From the NCBI GenBank assembly GCA_963749915.1, contig CAVVOP010000005.1, positions 64,001-128,000 of the forward strand: DNA of 64,000 nt. Direction: 5' to 3'. Below, piece by piece: positions 51,136 to 61,294 of this stretch. The notes below the pieces were generated by a model. It saw only the letters and a list, made by a program, of their open reading frames with translations. It was not told the origin of the DNA and made no database searches. The position numbers were made by a program, and so were the translations under genes. Numbering within the stretch: the stretch's first letter is position 1; each line of letters opens with the position of its first letter. Source of the stretch: an uncultured cyanobacterium (lineage in GTDB: Bacteria > Cyanobacteriota > Cyanobacteriia > Cyanobacteriales > Cyanobacteriaceae).

Positions 51136-52053
51136 ATGAACAAAAAAAATAATTTACTATCAATAGCTTTGTGTTTAGTGACTATTATAACAGTTTGCCT
51201 GAGCTATATTCCTCCAGCTAATGCTTATAGCAAAGATGATATTTCACAATTAATTAAACAGAATAAATGTATTAAATGTGATTTATCTAACTATCATTTT
51301 GCCAAAAATAAGTTTAATTTAGAAAAGGCTAATTTGTCTAAATCGAACCTTTATAAAACTAACTTTAAAAATCAAGATTTGAGTAAAACTAATTTTTCTG
51401 ATACAGATTTAAGTTTTAGTGATTTAGAAAATATTAGGGGGATTAAGGGTGAATTTAAACGAGCAAATTTAACCCATGCTAATCTTAAAAATAGTAACTT
51501 TAGTCGAGCAGATTTTTATAAGGCTACCCTTAACCATGCCAATTTTAGTCATAGTATCTTAGAAAAAACTAATTTTGAGAAAGCCGATTTATCCGACAGT
51601 AACCTTATTCAAGCTACCTTAACCGGTGCAAATTTTACTAAGGCTAATCTCTCAAAAGCTGATTTAGATTTAGCAGATTTGAGTAGTAAAAGCAAAAAAC
51701 GTCTTACTAATTTCTCCAACGCTAATTTAACTCAAACACAATTAATTAATGCTAAATTATATAGAGTGAATTTTAGTAATGCTAATCTTTATCAGGTGGA
51801 CTTTGACGGTAGTGATTTAACCGAATCAAATTTAGAAAAAGCCAATTTGGCCGAGGCAAATTTAAGTCATGTTAACTTAAGTAATGCTGATTTACGTAGT
51901 GCTAATTTAATTAATTCTTCTCTAGTTTATGCTAATTTAACTAATGCTAATCTTAGAAAAGCAAATCTTGAAAAAGCAAATTTAACAGGGGCGAATTTAA
52001 CTAATTCTAAGTTAAAAGGTGCCATCATGCCTGATGGGTCGATTCACAATTAA
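51136..52053 (+). CDS. Secreted/lumenal pentapeptide-repeat protein
   Basis: Signal peptide, CIKCDL, many A(N/D)Lxx repeats, MPDG end. Confidence 0.92.
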   Translation: MNKKNNLLSIALCLVTIITVCLSYIPPANAYSKDDISQLIKQNKCIKCDLSNYHFAKNKFNLEKANLSKSNLYKTNFKNQDLSKTNFSDTDLSFSDLENIRGIKGEFKRANLTHANLKNSNFSRADFYKATLNHANFSHSILEKTNFEKADLSDSNLIQATLTGANFTKANLSKADLDLADLSSKSKKRLTNFSNANLTQTQLINAKLYRVNFSNANLYQVDFDGSDLTESNLEKANLAEANLSHVNLSNADLRSANLINSSLVYANLTNANLRKANLEKANLTGANLTNSKLKGAIMPDGSIHN

Positions 52054-52068
52054 CGATAAATAATTACC

Positions 52069-52097
52069 GTAGGGGCTTAATAATATTAAGCTCTTAC
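52069..52097. repeat. GTAG-type REP-like palindrome / bidirectional terminator
   Basis: GTAGGGGCTTAAT-AAT-ATTAAGCTCTTAC between convergent genes. Confidence 0.55.
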
Positions 52098-52194
52098 CCA
52101 TTGGCAATTAATAAATCTTTGGCTCTAATAAAATTCGAATTAATTAATTGATATAAAATAAATAAACCTTAACCCCTTAAAAAAAATCAGCATT

Positions 52195-52824
52195 CTAGCG
52201 AACAAAATTACTTGCTAACCATAAAAAACAAAAAGTAAATAAAGTGGCAAATTGCTCCGACGTTAAACTAATATTTAAACCTGCACTTATGAGTACATTA
52301 AATAAAATATTCGCTATACAAATTCCTATAATAAAAGCAATAAAAGTAATGGAAACCGATCGCCAAAACCTTTTTTGTTTACGATATAAAACATAAAAAC
52401 TTGTGCCAACCCCAACGGTTAATAAAAGTGGTAATATTTCGCTATTGGTATTAAAACTACTAATGGTAATTAATACAAAAAAAACAACTCCACTAAAGGA
52501 AATCTCCTTAGGAGAGGGTTGATCTAACAAATCTCTCAACCATAAAGAAACTTTTTGAGAAGTAGGATTTTTCGCTATCAGTGATGGTTTTTTTATTTCT
52601 ACCGTCTTCTCGGGAAACCTAATTTGTTCGGGAACTTTTATTTTTCCTTCTTGTCGAAGTTTCAATCGTTGCATAATTATTGCATCATAAGCAATTTCAA
52701 TACTTTCGATAATAGGGGGATCATTTTGATATTTTTCCTTGAGATTTTGTTTTGCGGTTTGTATCTCTTCAAAAGAAGCATTTTCAGTTACTCCCAATTG
52801 TTCATAAGGATTTAACTCAGTCAT
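52195..52824 (-). CDS. CPP1-like (DnaJ-like, DUF3353) membrane protein
   Basis: NPYEQLGV..ASFEEI, AYDAIIMQRL, EGKIKVP; ATG 52824 preferred. Confidence 0.85.
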   Translation of the reverse strand: MTELNPYEQLGVTENASFEEIQTAKQNLKEKYQNDPPIIESIEIAYDAIIMQRLKLRQEGKIKVPEQIRFPEKTVEIKKPSLIAKNPTSQKVSLWLRDLLDQPSPKEISFSGVVFFVLITISSFNTNSEILPLLLTVGVGTSFYVLYRKQKRFWRSVSITFIAFIIGICIANILFNVLISAGLNISLTSEQFATLFTFCFLWLASNFVR

Positions 52825-53074
52825 TTTTGCCTTATTCCTCCGATTCTCAATAATTCTTAATAACCTTAACTTCACTAGATTTGATCAGTTTGCACCAACT
52901 AACAAATATTATATTAAACTCAGACGATTAATTTTGATGATTAGTTTTCAGGATCACGGGGAATAGTTTAATATATAAGAGATTTTCAATTTGATATATT
53001 TTTAGCACACGGTTAAAATTCATATACTAAATTGGATCTTGAAATTTCAGTGCCTATCTTCACCAGTAACTAAC

Positions 53075-53773
53075 ATGGAAGTCCCTTTAGCTAAAGTATT
53101 AATCGTTGATGATGACGTTCATATAGCCAATTTAATCACTCGTTTTCTTAAACGAAAAAATTATCAGGTGAAATCTGCTTCTGATGGTAGAACTGCCAAG
53201 GAAATCTTTCAGCTTTTTAGACCTGATTTAGTTATTCTTGATATAAATTTACCCGATACCCTCGGTTATAATCTCTGTGAAGAAATGCAGAACAATAATG
53301 ACGTATTTATTCTCATGCTTACCAGTCGTGACGATGTAGAGGATAAGAAAAAAGGCTTTTTAACAGGTGCTGATGATTATTTAACCAAACCTTTTGACCT
53401 GGAAGAATTAGAATTTCGACTACAAGCCATTTTGCGACGCAGACGGGTCATTAACTCTGAGGATCTTACCATTGTTCAATTAGATAATTTAATCATCAAC
53501 CCCGAAACCAGAGAAGTTAAATTACAGGATGAAATTATTACCTTTACGAGTTTGGAATTTGATCTCCTCTATTTTCTCGCCAGTAATCCGGATAAAGTTT
53601 GGAGGAGGGAAGACCTAGTAACTAATGTATGGCAAAATAACCCTATGGGAGATAATCGAGTGGTAGATGTTCATATTGGGCAAATTCGCAGGAAAATAGA
53701 ACTAGATCTCAATAATCCCCAATATATAGTTACTGTTAGGGGCGTTGGTTATAAATTTGAGACCCAAAAATAG
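53075..53773 (+). CDS. OmpR-family response regulator (no adjacent kinase)
   Basis: VDDD, ILDINLP, GADDYLTKPF, VDVHIGQIRRK, TVRGVGY. Confidence 0.92.
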   Translation: MEVPLAKVLIVDDDVHIANLITRFLKRKNYQVKSASDGRTAKEIFQLFRPDLVILDINLPDTLGYNLCEEMQNNNDVFILMLTSRDDVEDKKKGFLTGADDYLTKPFDLEELEFRLQAILRRRRVINSEDLTIVQLDNLIINPETREVKLQDEIITFTSLEFDLLYFLASNPDKVWRREDLVTNVWQNNPMGDNRVVDVHIGQIRRKIELDLNNPQYIVTVRGVGYKFETQK

Positions 53774-53847
53774 ATGATTTTTTTTCAATTTACCCAAAAA
53801 GATATGATATAATCGTACATTGCAGTATTTAAACTTTTACCCAAAAA

Positions 53848-54117
53848 ATGAGCTTAACTTTAGAAAAAAAACAAGAAATTATTGATCAATATCAAGTACA
53901 CGAAACCGACACAGGATCGTCTTCTTTGCAAGTGGCATTGCTTACTGCCAGAATTACTCAACTTACCGAACACCTAAAAGTTAATAAAAAAGATCATTCT
54001 TCCCGTCGTGGACTTTTAAAAATTATAGGTCAACGTAAACGTTTATTAAGTTACATTAAAAAGAAAAATATCCAAAGTTATCAAGACCTAATTAAAAAGT
54101 TAGGTATCCGTGGTTAA
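53848..54117 (+). CDS. rpsO: 30S ribosomal protein S15
   Basis: [20 protein letters not shown]. Confidence 0.98.
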   Translation: MSLTLEKKQEIIDQYQVHETDTGSSSLQVALLTARITQLTEHLKVNKKDHSSRRGLLKIIGQRKRLLSYIKKKNIQSYQDLIKKLGIRG

Positions 54118-54138
54118 CAACCCTATTCAGAAATAATC

Positions 54139-54615
54139 ATGCCATTTTCATCTAATCGAGATTCCTTACCTTTTGAACCCAAAAAGAATAAAAAAATCAC
54201 CAAAAAACCTACTGATAATTCGTTAGAAAAAGCGAAAAACATCTCTAACAATGATTCTCAAGGGAAAAAACAACGCTCATCCTTGAAGGAAATTCCTGAA
54301 GTAGTCAGCCAGAGAATGATCAGAAGAATGGCTATTTTTAGCGGTATTCCTACTGGTATGGGTATCCTTTCCTTTTTTGTTTTTTATGTTGTCGTCAACC
54401 AAGAATGGTTTAAAGTACCAAATACAGCCGTTTTGCTCGTGAGTATGGGTTTATTTGGGTTAGGTGTGTTAGGTTTAAGTTATGGCATTCTTTCCACATC
54501 ATGGGATGAAGAAAGAGTTGGTACTTGGTGGGGTTGGTCAGATTTTACCATCAATTTTGGCAGATTTACCTCTGCATGGAGAAACGCACGACAAGAGTCT
54601 ATTAATAACAAATAA
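54139..54615 (+). CDS. pam68: PAM68 photosystem II assembly factor
   Basis: IPEVVSQRMIRR, LSYGILSTSWD; rpsO-pam68 synteny. Confidence 0.88.
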   Translation: MPFSSNRDSLPFEPKKNKKITKKPTDNSLEKAKNISNNDSQGKKQRSSLKEIPEVVSQRMIRRMAIFSGIPTGMGILSFFVFYVVVNQEWFKVPNTAVLLVSMGLFGLGVLGLSYGILSTSWDEERVGTWWGWSDFTINFGRFTSAWRNARQESINNK

Positions 54616-54736
54616 TTAGCCGTTTTGTGTGACTTAATCTCTAAGAATTATTTTAATTTATTATCCGTCAGTCAAAATTTAACAACAACAACCAAATATC
54701 AGCCTCACTATATTAATCAATCAGGATAAATTAAGT

Positions 54737-55795
54737 ATGATAGTTGTAATGAAAATAGGTACTCCCGAAACCGAAATCAGTCGTGTGGGAGACGAGTTAA
54801 GAACATGGGGTTTAACACCTGAGAAAATTGTTGGACAACATAAAGTGGTGATCGGTTTAGTCGGGGAAACGGCTTCTCTTAATCCCGAACAAATTCAAGA
54901 AGTTAGTCCTTGGATTGAAACTGTTTTAAGAGTTGAAAAACCTTTCAAACGTGTTAGTTTAGATTATCGTCACGGACAACCTAGCGATGTAGTTGTACCT
55001 ACTCCCAATGGTGATGTTGTTTTTGGACTTAATCACCCTGTCGTTATCGTCGCGGGTCCTTGTTCGGTAGAAAACGAGGAAATGATCATCGAAACCGCTA
55101 AAAGAGTTAAAGCAGCCGGGGCGAAATTTTTAAGAGGAGGGGCTTATAAACCTCGTACTTCTCCCTATGACTTTCAAGGACATGGTGAAAGTGCTTTAGA
55201 ATTATTAGCCGCCGCTAGAGACGCTTCTGGCTTAGGTATTGTCACTGAGGTCATGGACACCGCCGATTTAGATAAAATTGCCGAAGTTGCGGACATCGTC
55301 CAAGTTGGGGCGAGAAATATGCAAAACTTCTCTCTCTTAAAAAAAGTGGGTGCTCAATCTAAACCTGTATTGCTCAAAAGAGGTATGTCGGCCACTATTT
55401 CTGAATGGTTAATGGCGGCGGAGTATATTCTTGCGGCGGGGAATACTGATGTTATCCTTTGTGAAAGAGGTATTCGTACTTTTGATCGAGAATTTGCCCG
55501 TAACGTTCTCGATTTATCTGTAATTCCTGTGTTACGTTCTTTAACTCACTTACCAATTATGATAGATCCTAGTCATGGTACTGGTAAGGCCGAATATGTT
55601 CCCAGTATGGCTATGGCTGCCATCGCCGCGGGGGCGGATTCCTTAATGATAGAAGTTCACCCCAATCCTGCTAAGGCTTTATCTGACGGGCCACAATCCT
55701 TGACTCCCGATGCTTTCGATCGCTTAATCCCAGAATTAGCGGTAATCGGCAAAGCCGTTCAACGTTGGGAAACCCCCGTTCCCGTGTTAATATAA
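54737..55795 (+). CDS. aroF: DAHP synthase (class I-beta)
   Basis: AGPCSVE, GGAYKPRTSPY, GARNMQNF, CERGIRTF, DPSHG. Confidence 0.95.
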   Translation: MIVVMKIGTPETEISRVGDELRTWGLTPEKIVGQHKVVIGLVGETASLNPEQIQEVSPWIETVLRVEKPFKRVSLDYRHGQPSDVVVPTPNGDVVFGLNHPVVIVAGPCSVENEEMIIETAKRVKAAGAKFLRGGAYKPRTSPYDFQGHGESALELLAAARDASGLGIVTEVMDTADLDKIAEVADIVQVGARNMQNFSLLKKVGAQSKPVLLKRGMSATISEWLMAAEYILAAGNTDVILCERGIRTFDREFARNVLDLSVIPVLRSLTHLPIMIDPSHGTGKAEYVPSMAMAAIAAGADSLMIEVHPNPAKALSDGPQSLTPDAFDRLIPELAVIGKAVQRWETPVPVLI

Positions 55796-56095
55796 TAATC
55801 TCCCCAAACTCAACTAATTGTTGTCCCCTCACAGGGTAAGGTTTCTTACAATGGCGTTCTGGTGGGGGATAGACAAGGTGGACAAGGAAGAAGGAAGAGA
55901 GAAATTCTCTAAGAAATATTTGTTTATAAGTAACACAAGAATTGCTGAAAAGACCATTTTCCCCTTGTATTCTCTTCCTTGTCAGCTGTCCCTCATTCCT
56001 TCCTTGTCTTGTCTCAACCCAAATGTTAAAAACCTACCCTTGTCAGCTGCCTCCCGCCCTCTGGCTTCGCTCCGTCAGGAGCTTATTACTTAATA

Positions 56096-56227
56096 TTACA
56101 GGTCTCCACGCAAGGCATAGAGAATGAAAACGATTACTGGACCTGCAATTAAAATCAAACCCACGGAGGTTAATTGTAAAATAACTTGAAAATCTAAACC
56201 GCTAAAAAGATTTGTAATAAAATCCAT
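56096..56227 (-). CDS. psb30: Photosystem II reaction centre protein Psb30 (Ycf12)
   Basis: Own translation MDFITNLFSGLDFQVILQLTSVGLILIAGPVIVFILYALRGDL; AGGAG SD; not in ORF track. Confidence 0.92.
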   Translation of the reverse strand: MDFITNLFSGLDFQVILQLTSVGLILIAGPVIVFILYALRGDL

Positions 56228-56338
56228 ACTGACTCCTAGTTCTTTAAATAATAATCTTAAATGTTTAATTTCAAATCTAACAAGATATATGATACTAGGA
56301 AAGGTTGCTTTATTTATTGAAAAAATCGTTCAAATATT

Positions 56339-56356
56339 ATTAAGTTTTGTTACAAA
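56339..56356 (+). promoter_or_regulatory. Putative HLR1 (RpaB) site between psb30 and the YkgJ gene
   Basis: ATTAAGTT-TT-GTTACAAA, 10-bp-period direct repeat. Confidence 0.4.
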
Positions 56357-56368
56357 TTTTCTTGCTTT

Positions 56369-56716
56369 ATGAGTAAATGGCGTTGTCTTGAAAAATGTGG
56401 TGCTTGTTGTCATTTAGATCCCAGTGATCGCCCAGATTTAGAGGATTATCTTACCGAATCGGAATTAGAGTTATATCTCGGGATGGTGGGGGAAGATGGT
56501 TGGTGTCTTAATTACGATAAAGACTCAAGAAAATGTCAAATATATGACGATCGCCCCCGTTTTTGTCGGGTAAAACCAGATATTTTCCATGAGATGTATG
56601 ATCTACCCCTAGAAGAATTTGAGGAATTTGCCATCGATTGTTGCCATCAGCAAATTGAAGGGGTTTACGGAAAGGACAGTGAGCAAATGAGTCGTTATCG
56701 AGTACAAGTGGGATGA
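56369..56716 (+). CDS. YkgJ family cysteine-cluster protein
   Basis: CLEKCGACC, CQIYDDRPRFCR, DCC. Confidence 0.9.
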   Translation: MSKWRCLEKCGACCHLDPSDRPDLEDYLTESELELYLGMVGEDGWCLNYDKDSRKCQIYDDRPRFCRVKPDIFHEMYDLPLEEFEEFAIDCCHQQIEGVYGKDSEQMSRYRVQVG

Positions 56717-56824
56717 GTTTGAGTTTGTTCTATGATAGGCATAACTTTAACTAAAGTAAATCATGTCTTGCCGTCGAGGCTGAAACTGACCCCAAGGCTT
56801 CCATAGCATAAAAGCATTATCTAC

Positions 56825-57868
56825 TTAATTCTCTTCTTTACTGCTACAACCCGACAACAAAGGCAATTTTTCGCGGAGGATAGGCATTAACTTCGCCAGT
56901 GCATGGTCATCTGTAGGGCAAATCCCTGGAATCCCTGTCAATTTCTCCACTAATTCCACTCCCGCAGTGGTACTGGTGACAATACCACTAATCAGATCCG
57001 GAGTCAGATGGAAATTTTGGGTTATACCCAACACCCCATAAGGATCACTAGCACATAAAACCGTCAGGCAAATTTGTGGTTTAATCTTCTCTAAGACAAT
57101 TGAACCATTATAAGGTTCAAAAGGGGAAGCTCCAATTTCAGCAATCACTACATCAGGCTTGTCTTGAGCTACCAAGGATAATAGGCGACTCATCGCAATT
57201 TGATATTCTTCTGCCGGGCAAATCGTTGAAGGTAGTCCCACATCAACAAAATCAAAGATAACATCCGCACCCGCATCTTGCATCGAGAGAATATCGTGAT
57301 ATTGACCAGCACCGGCTAATTTAACCCCTACAACCTTCAAATTTAAGTCTTTGAGTAATTTAATTAACAAGCGTGACATGGTGGTTTTACCCGAGGACAT
57401 GGAAGTACCAAGCATCATGATTGTCGGACAACTATAGTCTTTTTCAGGGATTTGGGGAACAAAATCCTTCATACACACCTTTTGTCCTCCCCGCATGACA
57501 TGACCTCGATAAATCATCTGCGGTAAATTAGTTACTGTCTCCGCCACCGAAGTTGCTTTCCCAAAAAGTCCTCCCTCTGTTAAAGCCTCCATCTGACCAT
57601 CTTCTCCAATATTTTGCCAAGTTCCCACCGCCTCCAAAGTAGCACAACGTATTCCTAAAGCTCCGATGACCTTAGTCCCTGTACTTATCTCTACCATGCG
57701 ACCATGACAATCTTCAAGGATCGCCTTTTGAGATAAAGGCGTTATCATTCCACCAACCACATAATCCCCCGTAGCCCACCGAGTTTCGGGTAAGGTATTA
57801 ATATCAAAGGATTGTTGCTGAAGATTGGAAATACGAGTTACAGAAGTAAAAAAATAACGTTCAGACAT
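56825..57868 (-). CDS. DUF1611-like P-loop protein
   Basis: GTSMSSGKTT, KLAGAG, DFVDVGLPST. Confidence 0.7.
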   Translation of the reverse strand: MSERYFFTSVTRISNLQQQSFDINTLPETRWATGDYVVGGMITPLSQKAILEDCHGRMVEISTGTKVIGALGIRCATLEAVGTWQNIGEDGQMEALTEGGLFGKATSVAETVTNLPQMIYRGHVMRGGQKVCMKDFVPQIPEKDYSCPTIMMLGTSMSSGKTTMSRLLIKLLKDLNLKVVGVKLAGAGQYHDILSMQDAGADVIFDFVDVGLPSTICPAEEYQIAMSRLLSLVAQDKPDVVIAEIGASPFEPYNGSIVLEKIKPQICLTVLCASDPYGVLGITQNFHLTPDLISGIVTSTTAGVELVEKLTGIPGICPTDDHALAKLMPILREKLPLLSGCSSKEEN

Positions 57869-58043
57869 AATTATTACCTCATCGTGATCGTTTATTCAAT
57901 TTCGTTAAAACTTTTATTATTAATAAATTTTTGTATTTTCATATACATTCTATCATGGTATTCAGTGTTAAGACTTGGTAACTACAAACAAAAAACAAAT
58001 CAATGGAGAAGTAAACAAATAAAAAAAAGAGAAAACTGCTTAT

Positions 58044-58682
58044 CTAGTCCTTTAATATTTTGATTAATTTATCGCTAACTTTTCTCAAAACACCGTTAAT
58101 AAAACGATAACCGTCGTCGTCAGAATAATTTTTGGCAATTTCAATCGCTTCATTTATGGCCACTTTATGATCTACATTTAGAAAAGCCATCTCAGCAACC
58201 GCTAAACGTAAGATGTTTGCGTCTATTTGGGTTAAACGGTTTAAAGTCCAATCTACCATTACTTCATTTAAAATAGCTTCAATTTCAAGGCGACGGCGAT
58301 CGACTGTACCAATTAATTCCAAAGCATATTCCCTCACTTCATGCTGACGGGATAATTGAACAAATTCAGGAATTTCAATGACACTACCAAGACGATTAAT
58401 AGCTTTTTGAGTTAGGATAATGGCATCCTTAAGCATACTTTTGGCAGTACCCAAATTAGTGGCACGGGTTTCACTTTTAAATAACTGATCATTACTGCGA
58501 TTTAATTCATCCGATGCGGTTTCAATAGCACTTTCAATTTCTATCGATAAAGTACGAATCGCACCGAGAATCAGATCATTAATTTCTAGATCCCCAAGTT
58601 GTTCTGATTTGCCCCTAATTTGACTCAAGCTAAGTAAGGACAATATTCTAGCTGTTCTCCTCGGTTGTTGGCGAATGGACAT
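58044..58682 (-). CDS. nusB: Transcription antitermination factor NusB
   Basis: RRTAR, IDANILRLAVAE, AINEAIEIAK, FINGVL. Confidence 0.93.
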   Translation of the reverse strand: MSIRQQPRRTARILSLLSLSQIRGKSEQLGDLEINDLILGAIRTLSIEIESAIETASDELNRSNDQLFKSETRATNLGTAKSMLKDAIILTQKAINRLGSVIEIPEFVQLSRQHEVREYALELIGTVDRRRLEIEAILNEVMVDWTLNRLTQIDANILRLAVAEMAFLNVDHKVAINEAIEIAKNYSDDDGYRFINGVLRKVSDKLIKILKD

Positions 58683-58705
58683 TTTATTCGATTCTTAAAT
58701 ACCAG

Positions 58706-58810
58706 TAGTGGTCTGTCAAGATAGTTTTGAGGGACTGGGAACGGATAATTTTGGATTTTGGATTTTGGAGGATTTTTTTATCCCTCATTTCAAAATTGGC
58801 AGATCAGTAG
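58706..58810. mobile_element. MITE, empty copy
   Basis: TAGTGGTCTGTCAAGATAGTTTTGAGGGACTGGGAACGGATAA(TTTTGGA)3...TCCCTCATTTCAAAATTGGCAGA matches 23868-24081 minus the insert. Confidence 0.85.
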
Positions 58811-58869
58811 TAATAAATAATGAATCATTAATTAATAATTAATAACCAACGTTCCAATATACACTAACA

Positions 58870-58943
58870 CGGGACTGACGGGACTCGAACCCGCGACATC
58901 TTGCGTGACAGGCAAGCACTCTAACCAGCTGAGCTACAATCCC
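58870..58943 (-). tRNA. trnD: tRNA-Asp(GTC)
   Basis: Cloverleaf GGGATTG...CAGTCCC-G; anticodon arm CTTGC-CTGTCAC-GCAAG; TTCGA loop; CCA not encoded. Confidence 0.96.
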
Positions 58944-59147
58944 ATTTGATTTGATCCACGTACTCGATGATAACTAATAATAAAAAAATTGTCAAGATAA
59001 ATGGCAAAATTCGCTTAAATATTCGACAAATGAGAGATAATATCGGAGTTATCAAGAAAAAGTATGCAAATCTTGACTTTTAATTGGTTAAGAATACTCT
59101 TATTGTTACAATAACCACTTAGTTCTGTCGATAGTAGAGTAAATTGT

Positions 59148-60353
59148 ATGAGTCGTGCTAATAAAGTAGTTTTAGCTTATTCTGGAGGGGTTGATACCTC
59201 CGTTTGTATTCCTTATTTAATCAAAGAATGGGGTGTTAAGGAAGTCATCACCCTAGCGGCAGATTTAGGACAAGGGGAAGAATTAGGTCCTATTCAAGAA
59301 AAAGCCTTAAAATGTGGTGCGGTAGAATCCCTGGTAGCTGATGCTACGGAAGAATTTGTGACTAATTATGCTTTTCCTGCCATTAAAGCCAATGCGTTAT
59401 ATGAAAATCGCTACCCCCTGTCTACCGCTTTGGCCCGTCCTTTAATTGCTAAATTGTTAGTAGAAGCAGCGGAAAAATACGGTGCTGATGCAGTGGCACA
59501 TGGTTGTACAGGAAAAGGAAATGATCAAGTTCGTTTCGATGTCGGGATTACCGCTTTAAACCCCAATATTAAAATTTTAGCTCCTGCTAGGGAGTGGGGT
59601 ATGAGTCGGGAAGAAGCTATTTCCTACGGCGAAAAATTCGGTATTGAAGCCCCTGTGAAAAAATCTTCCCCCTTTAGTATCGATCGCAATTTGTTGGGAC
59701 GTAGTATTGAAGCAGGTCCTCTGGAAGATCCCATGACTGAGCCACCAGAAGAAATCTATGCTTTGACCAAATCAATCGTTGATACTCCTAACGAGCCTGA
59801 ATATGTGGAAATTACCTTTGAAAAAGGTGTCCCCATTGCAGTAGATGATCAAAGTTTATCTCCTGTTGCCCTTGTCACCAAAATCAATGAAATTGCTGGT
59901 AATCATGGTGTCGGTAGAATTGACATGATCGAAAACCGAGTAGTGGGCATTAAATCAAGAGAAATTTATGAAGCACCAGCTTTATTAGTCTTAATCAAGG
60001 CTCATGAAGATTTGGAAAGTCTAACTTTAACCAGCGATGTCAGCCACTATAAACGGGGTCATATTAATGAAATATATAGTCGTTTAATCTATGAAGGTTT
60101 ATGGTACAATCCCCTTAAAGCGGCTTTGGATGCTTTTATTAATGAAACTCAAGAACGGGTTAGTGGTACTGTCAGAATTAAATTCTTCAAAGGTAATGCT
60201 ACCGTGGTAGGAAGAAGATCCCATTATTCTTTATATAGTCCTGATTTATCCACCTATGGCGGTGACGATCAGTTTGATCATAAAGCGGCGGAAGGATTTA
60301 TTTACATTTGGGGATTATCTACGAGAGTTTGGGCTGAAAAAATCAGATCTTAA
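59148..60353 (+). CDS. argG: Argininosuccinate synthase
   Basis: [34 protein letters not shown]. Confidence 0.97.
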   Translation: MSRANKVVLAYSGGVDTSVCIPYLIKEWGVKEVITLAADLGQGEELGPIQEKALKCGAVESLVADATEEFVTNYAFPAIKANALYENRYPLSTALARPLIAKLLVEAAEKYGADAVAHGCTGKGNDQVRFDVGITALNPNIKILAPAREWGMSREEAISYGEKFGIEAPVKKSSPFSIDRNLLGRSIEAGPLEDPMTEPPEEIYALTKSIVDTPNEPEYVEITFEKGVPIAVDDQSLSPVALVTKINEIAGNHGVGRIDMIENRVVGIKSREIYEAPALLVLIKAHEDLESLTLTSDVSHYKRGHINEIYSRLIYEGLWYNPLKAALDAFINETQERVSGTVRIKFFKGNATVVGRRSHYSLYSPDLSTYGGDDQFDHKAAEGFIYIWGLSTRVWAEKIRS

Positions 60354-60446
60354 ACGAAACTTAGGTTAATTAAGGCATTACGGAAACAAAACCCAGGTAA
60401 TGTTAGAATTAACCTATATTTATCGAATTTTTAGGAGCATAAACAA

Positions 60447-61292
60447 TTGGATCGTCAAGCAACCGTCAGTATTTCTAATTTAATTGCCGGAATTTTGGCC
60501 GCTTTACTGGTATTTGTAGGTTTTAATTCTTTCGTCATCATCAATCCCGGACAAGCAGGAGTATTGAGTATTTTAGGAAAAGCTCAAGATGGTGCTTTAT
60601 TAGAGGGTATTCATTTCAAACCACCTATTATCTCTAACGTGGATGTTTATGATGTCACTGTGCAAAAATTTGAAGTACCGGCCCAAAGTTCTACCAAGGA
60701 TTTACAAGATTTATCTGCAAGTTTTGCCATTAATTTCCGTCTCGATCCGTTAAAAGTTGTGGAGATAAGGAGAACACAAGGTACTTTGCAAAATATTGTC
60801 GCTAAAATTATTGCTCCACAAACTCAAGAATCTTTTAAAGTTGCCGCGGCTAAACGTACCGTGGAAGAAGCCATTACTAAACGTACGGAATTGAAAAATG
60901 ATTTTGATAATGCCCTTAATAGTCGTCTGGAAAAATACGGTATTATTGTTTTAGATACCAGTGTCGTCGATTTAACTTTTTCTCCTGAATTTGCTAGGGC
61001 GGTAGAAGAAAAACAAATTGCCGAACAACGGGCACAAAGAGCAGTTTATATTGCTCAAGAGGCAGAACAACAGGCTCAAGCTGATATTAACCGTGCTAAG
61101 GGTAAAGCTGAGGCTCAAAGATTGCTTGCTGAAACTTTGAACAATCAAGGTGGTAATTTGGTACTACAAAAAGAGGCGATCGAAGCATGGAGAGAAGGAG
61201 GTGCACAGATGCCCAAAGTATTAGTAACCAATGGGAATGGTAGTGGGGGGAATGTACCCTTTATTTTTAATCTAAGTAATATGGAGAAATAG
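60447..61292 (+). CDS. Prohibitin / SPFH (band 7) protein
   Basis: TTG start after AGGAG; N-terminal TM, TKDLQ, FSPEF..AVEEKQIAEQ. Confidence 0.92.
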   Translation: MDRQATVSISNLIAGILAALLVFVGFNSFVIINPGQAGVLSILGKAQDGALLEGIHFKPPIISNVDVYDVTVQKFEVPAQSSTKDLQDLSASFAINFRLDPLKVVEIRRTQGTLQNIVAKIIAPQTQESFKVAAAKRTVEEAITKRTELKNDFDNALNSRLEKYGIIVLDTSVVDLTFSPEFARAVEEKQIAEQRAQRAVYIAQEAEQQAQADINRAKGKAEAQRLLAETLNNQGGNLVLQKEAIEAWREGGAQMPKVLVTNGNGSGGNVPFIFNLSNMEK

Positions 61293-61294
61293 AC

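Noticed and set aside
51136..52053. Periodic DNA repeats
   Set aside because: Explained by the encoded pentapeptide repeats.
55818..56127. ORFs 55818-56093 and 55942-56127
   Set aside because: They run across intergenic repeat tracts and (55942-56127) antisense to psb30; not credible proteins.
58706..58943. tRNA-Asp as an integration site for an island or prophage
   Set aside because: No duplicated tRNA 3' end or integrase; flanked by core genes nusB and argG, with only a MITE nearby.
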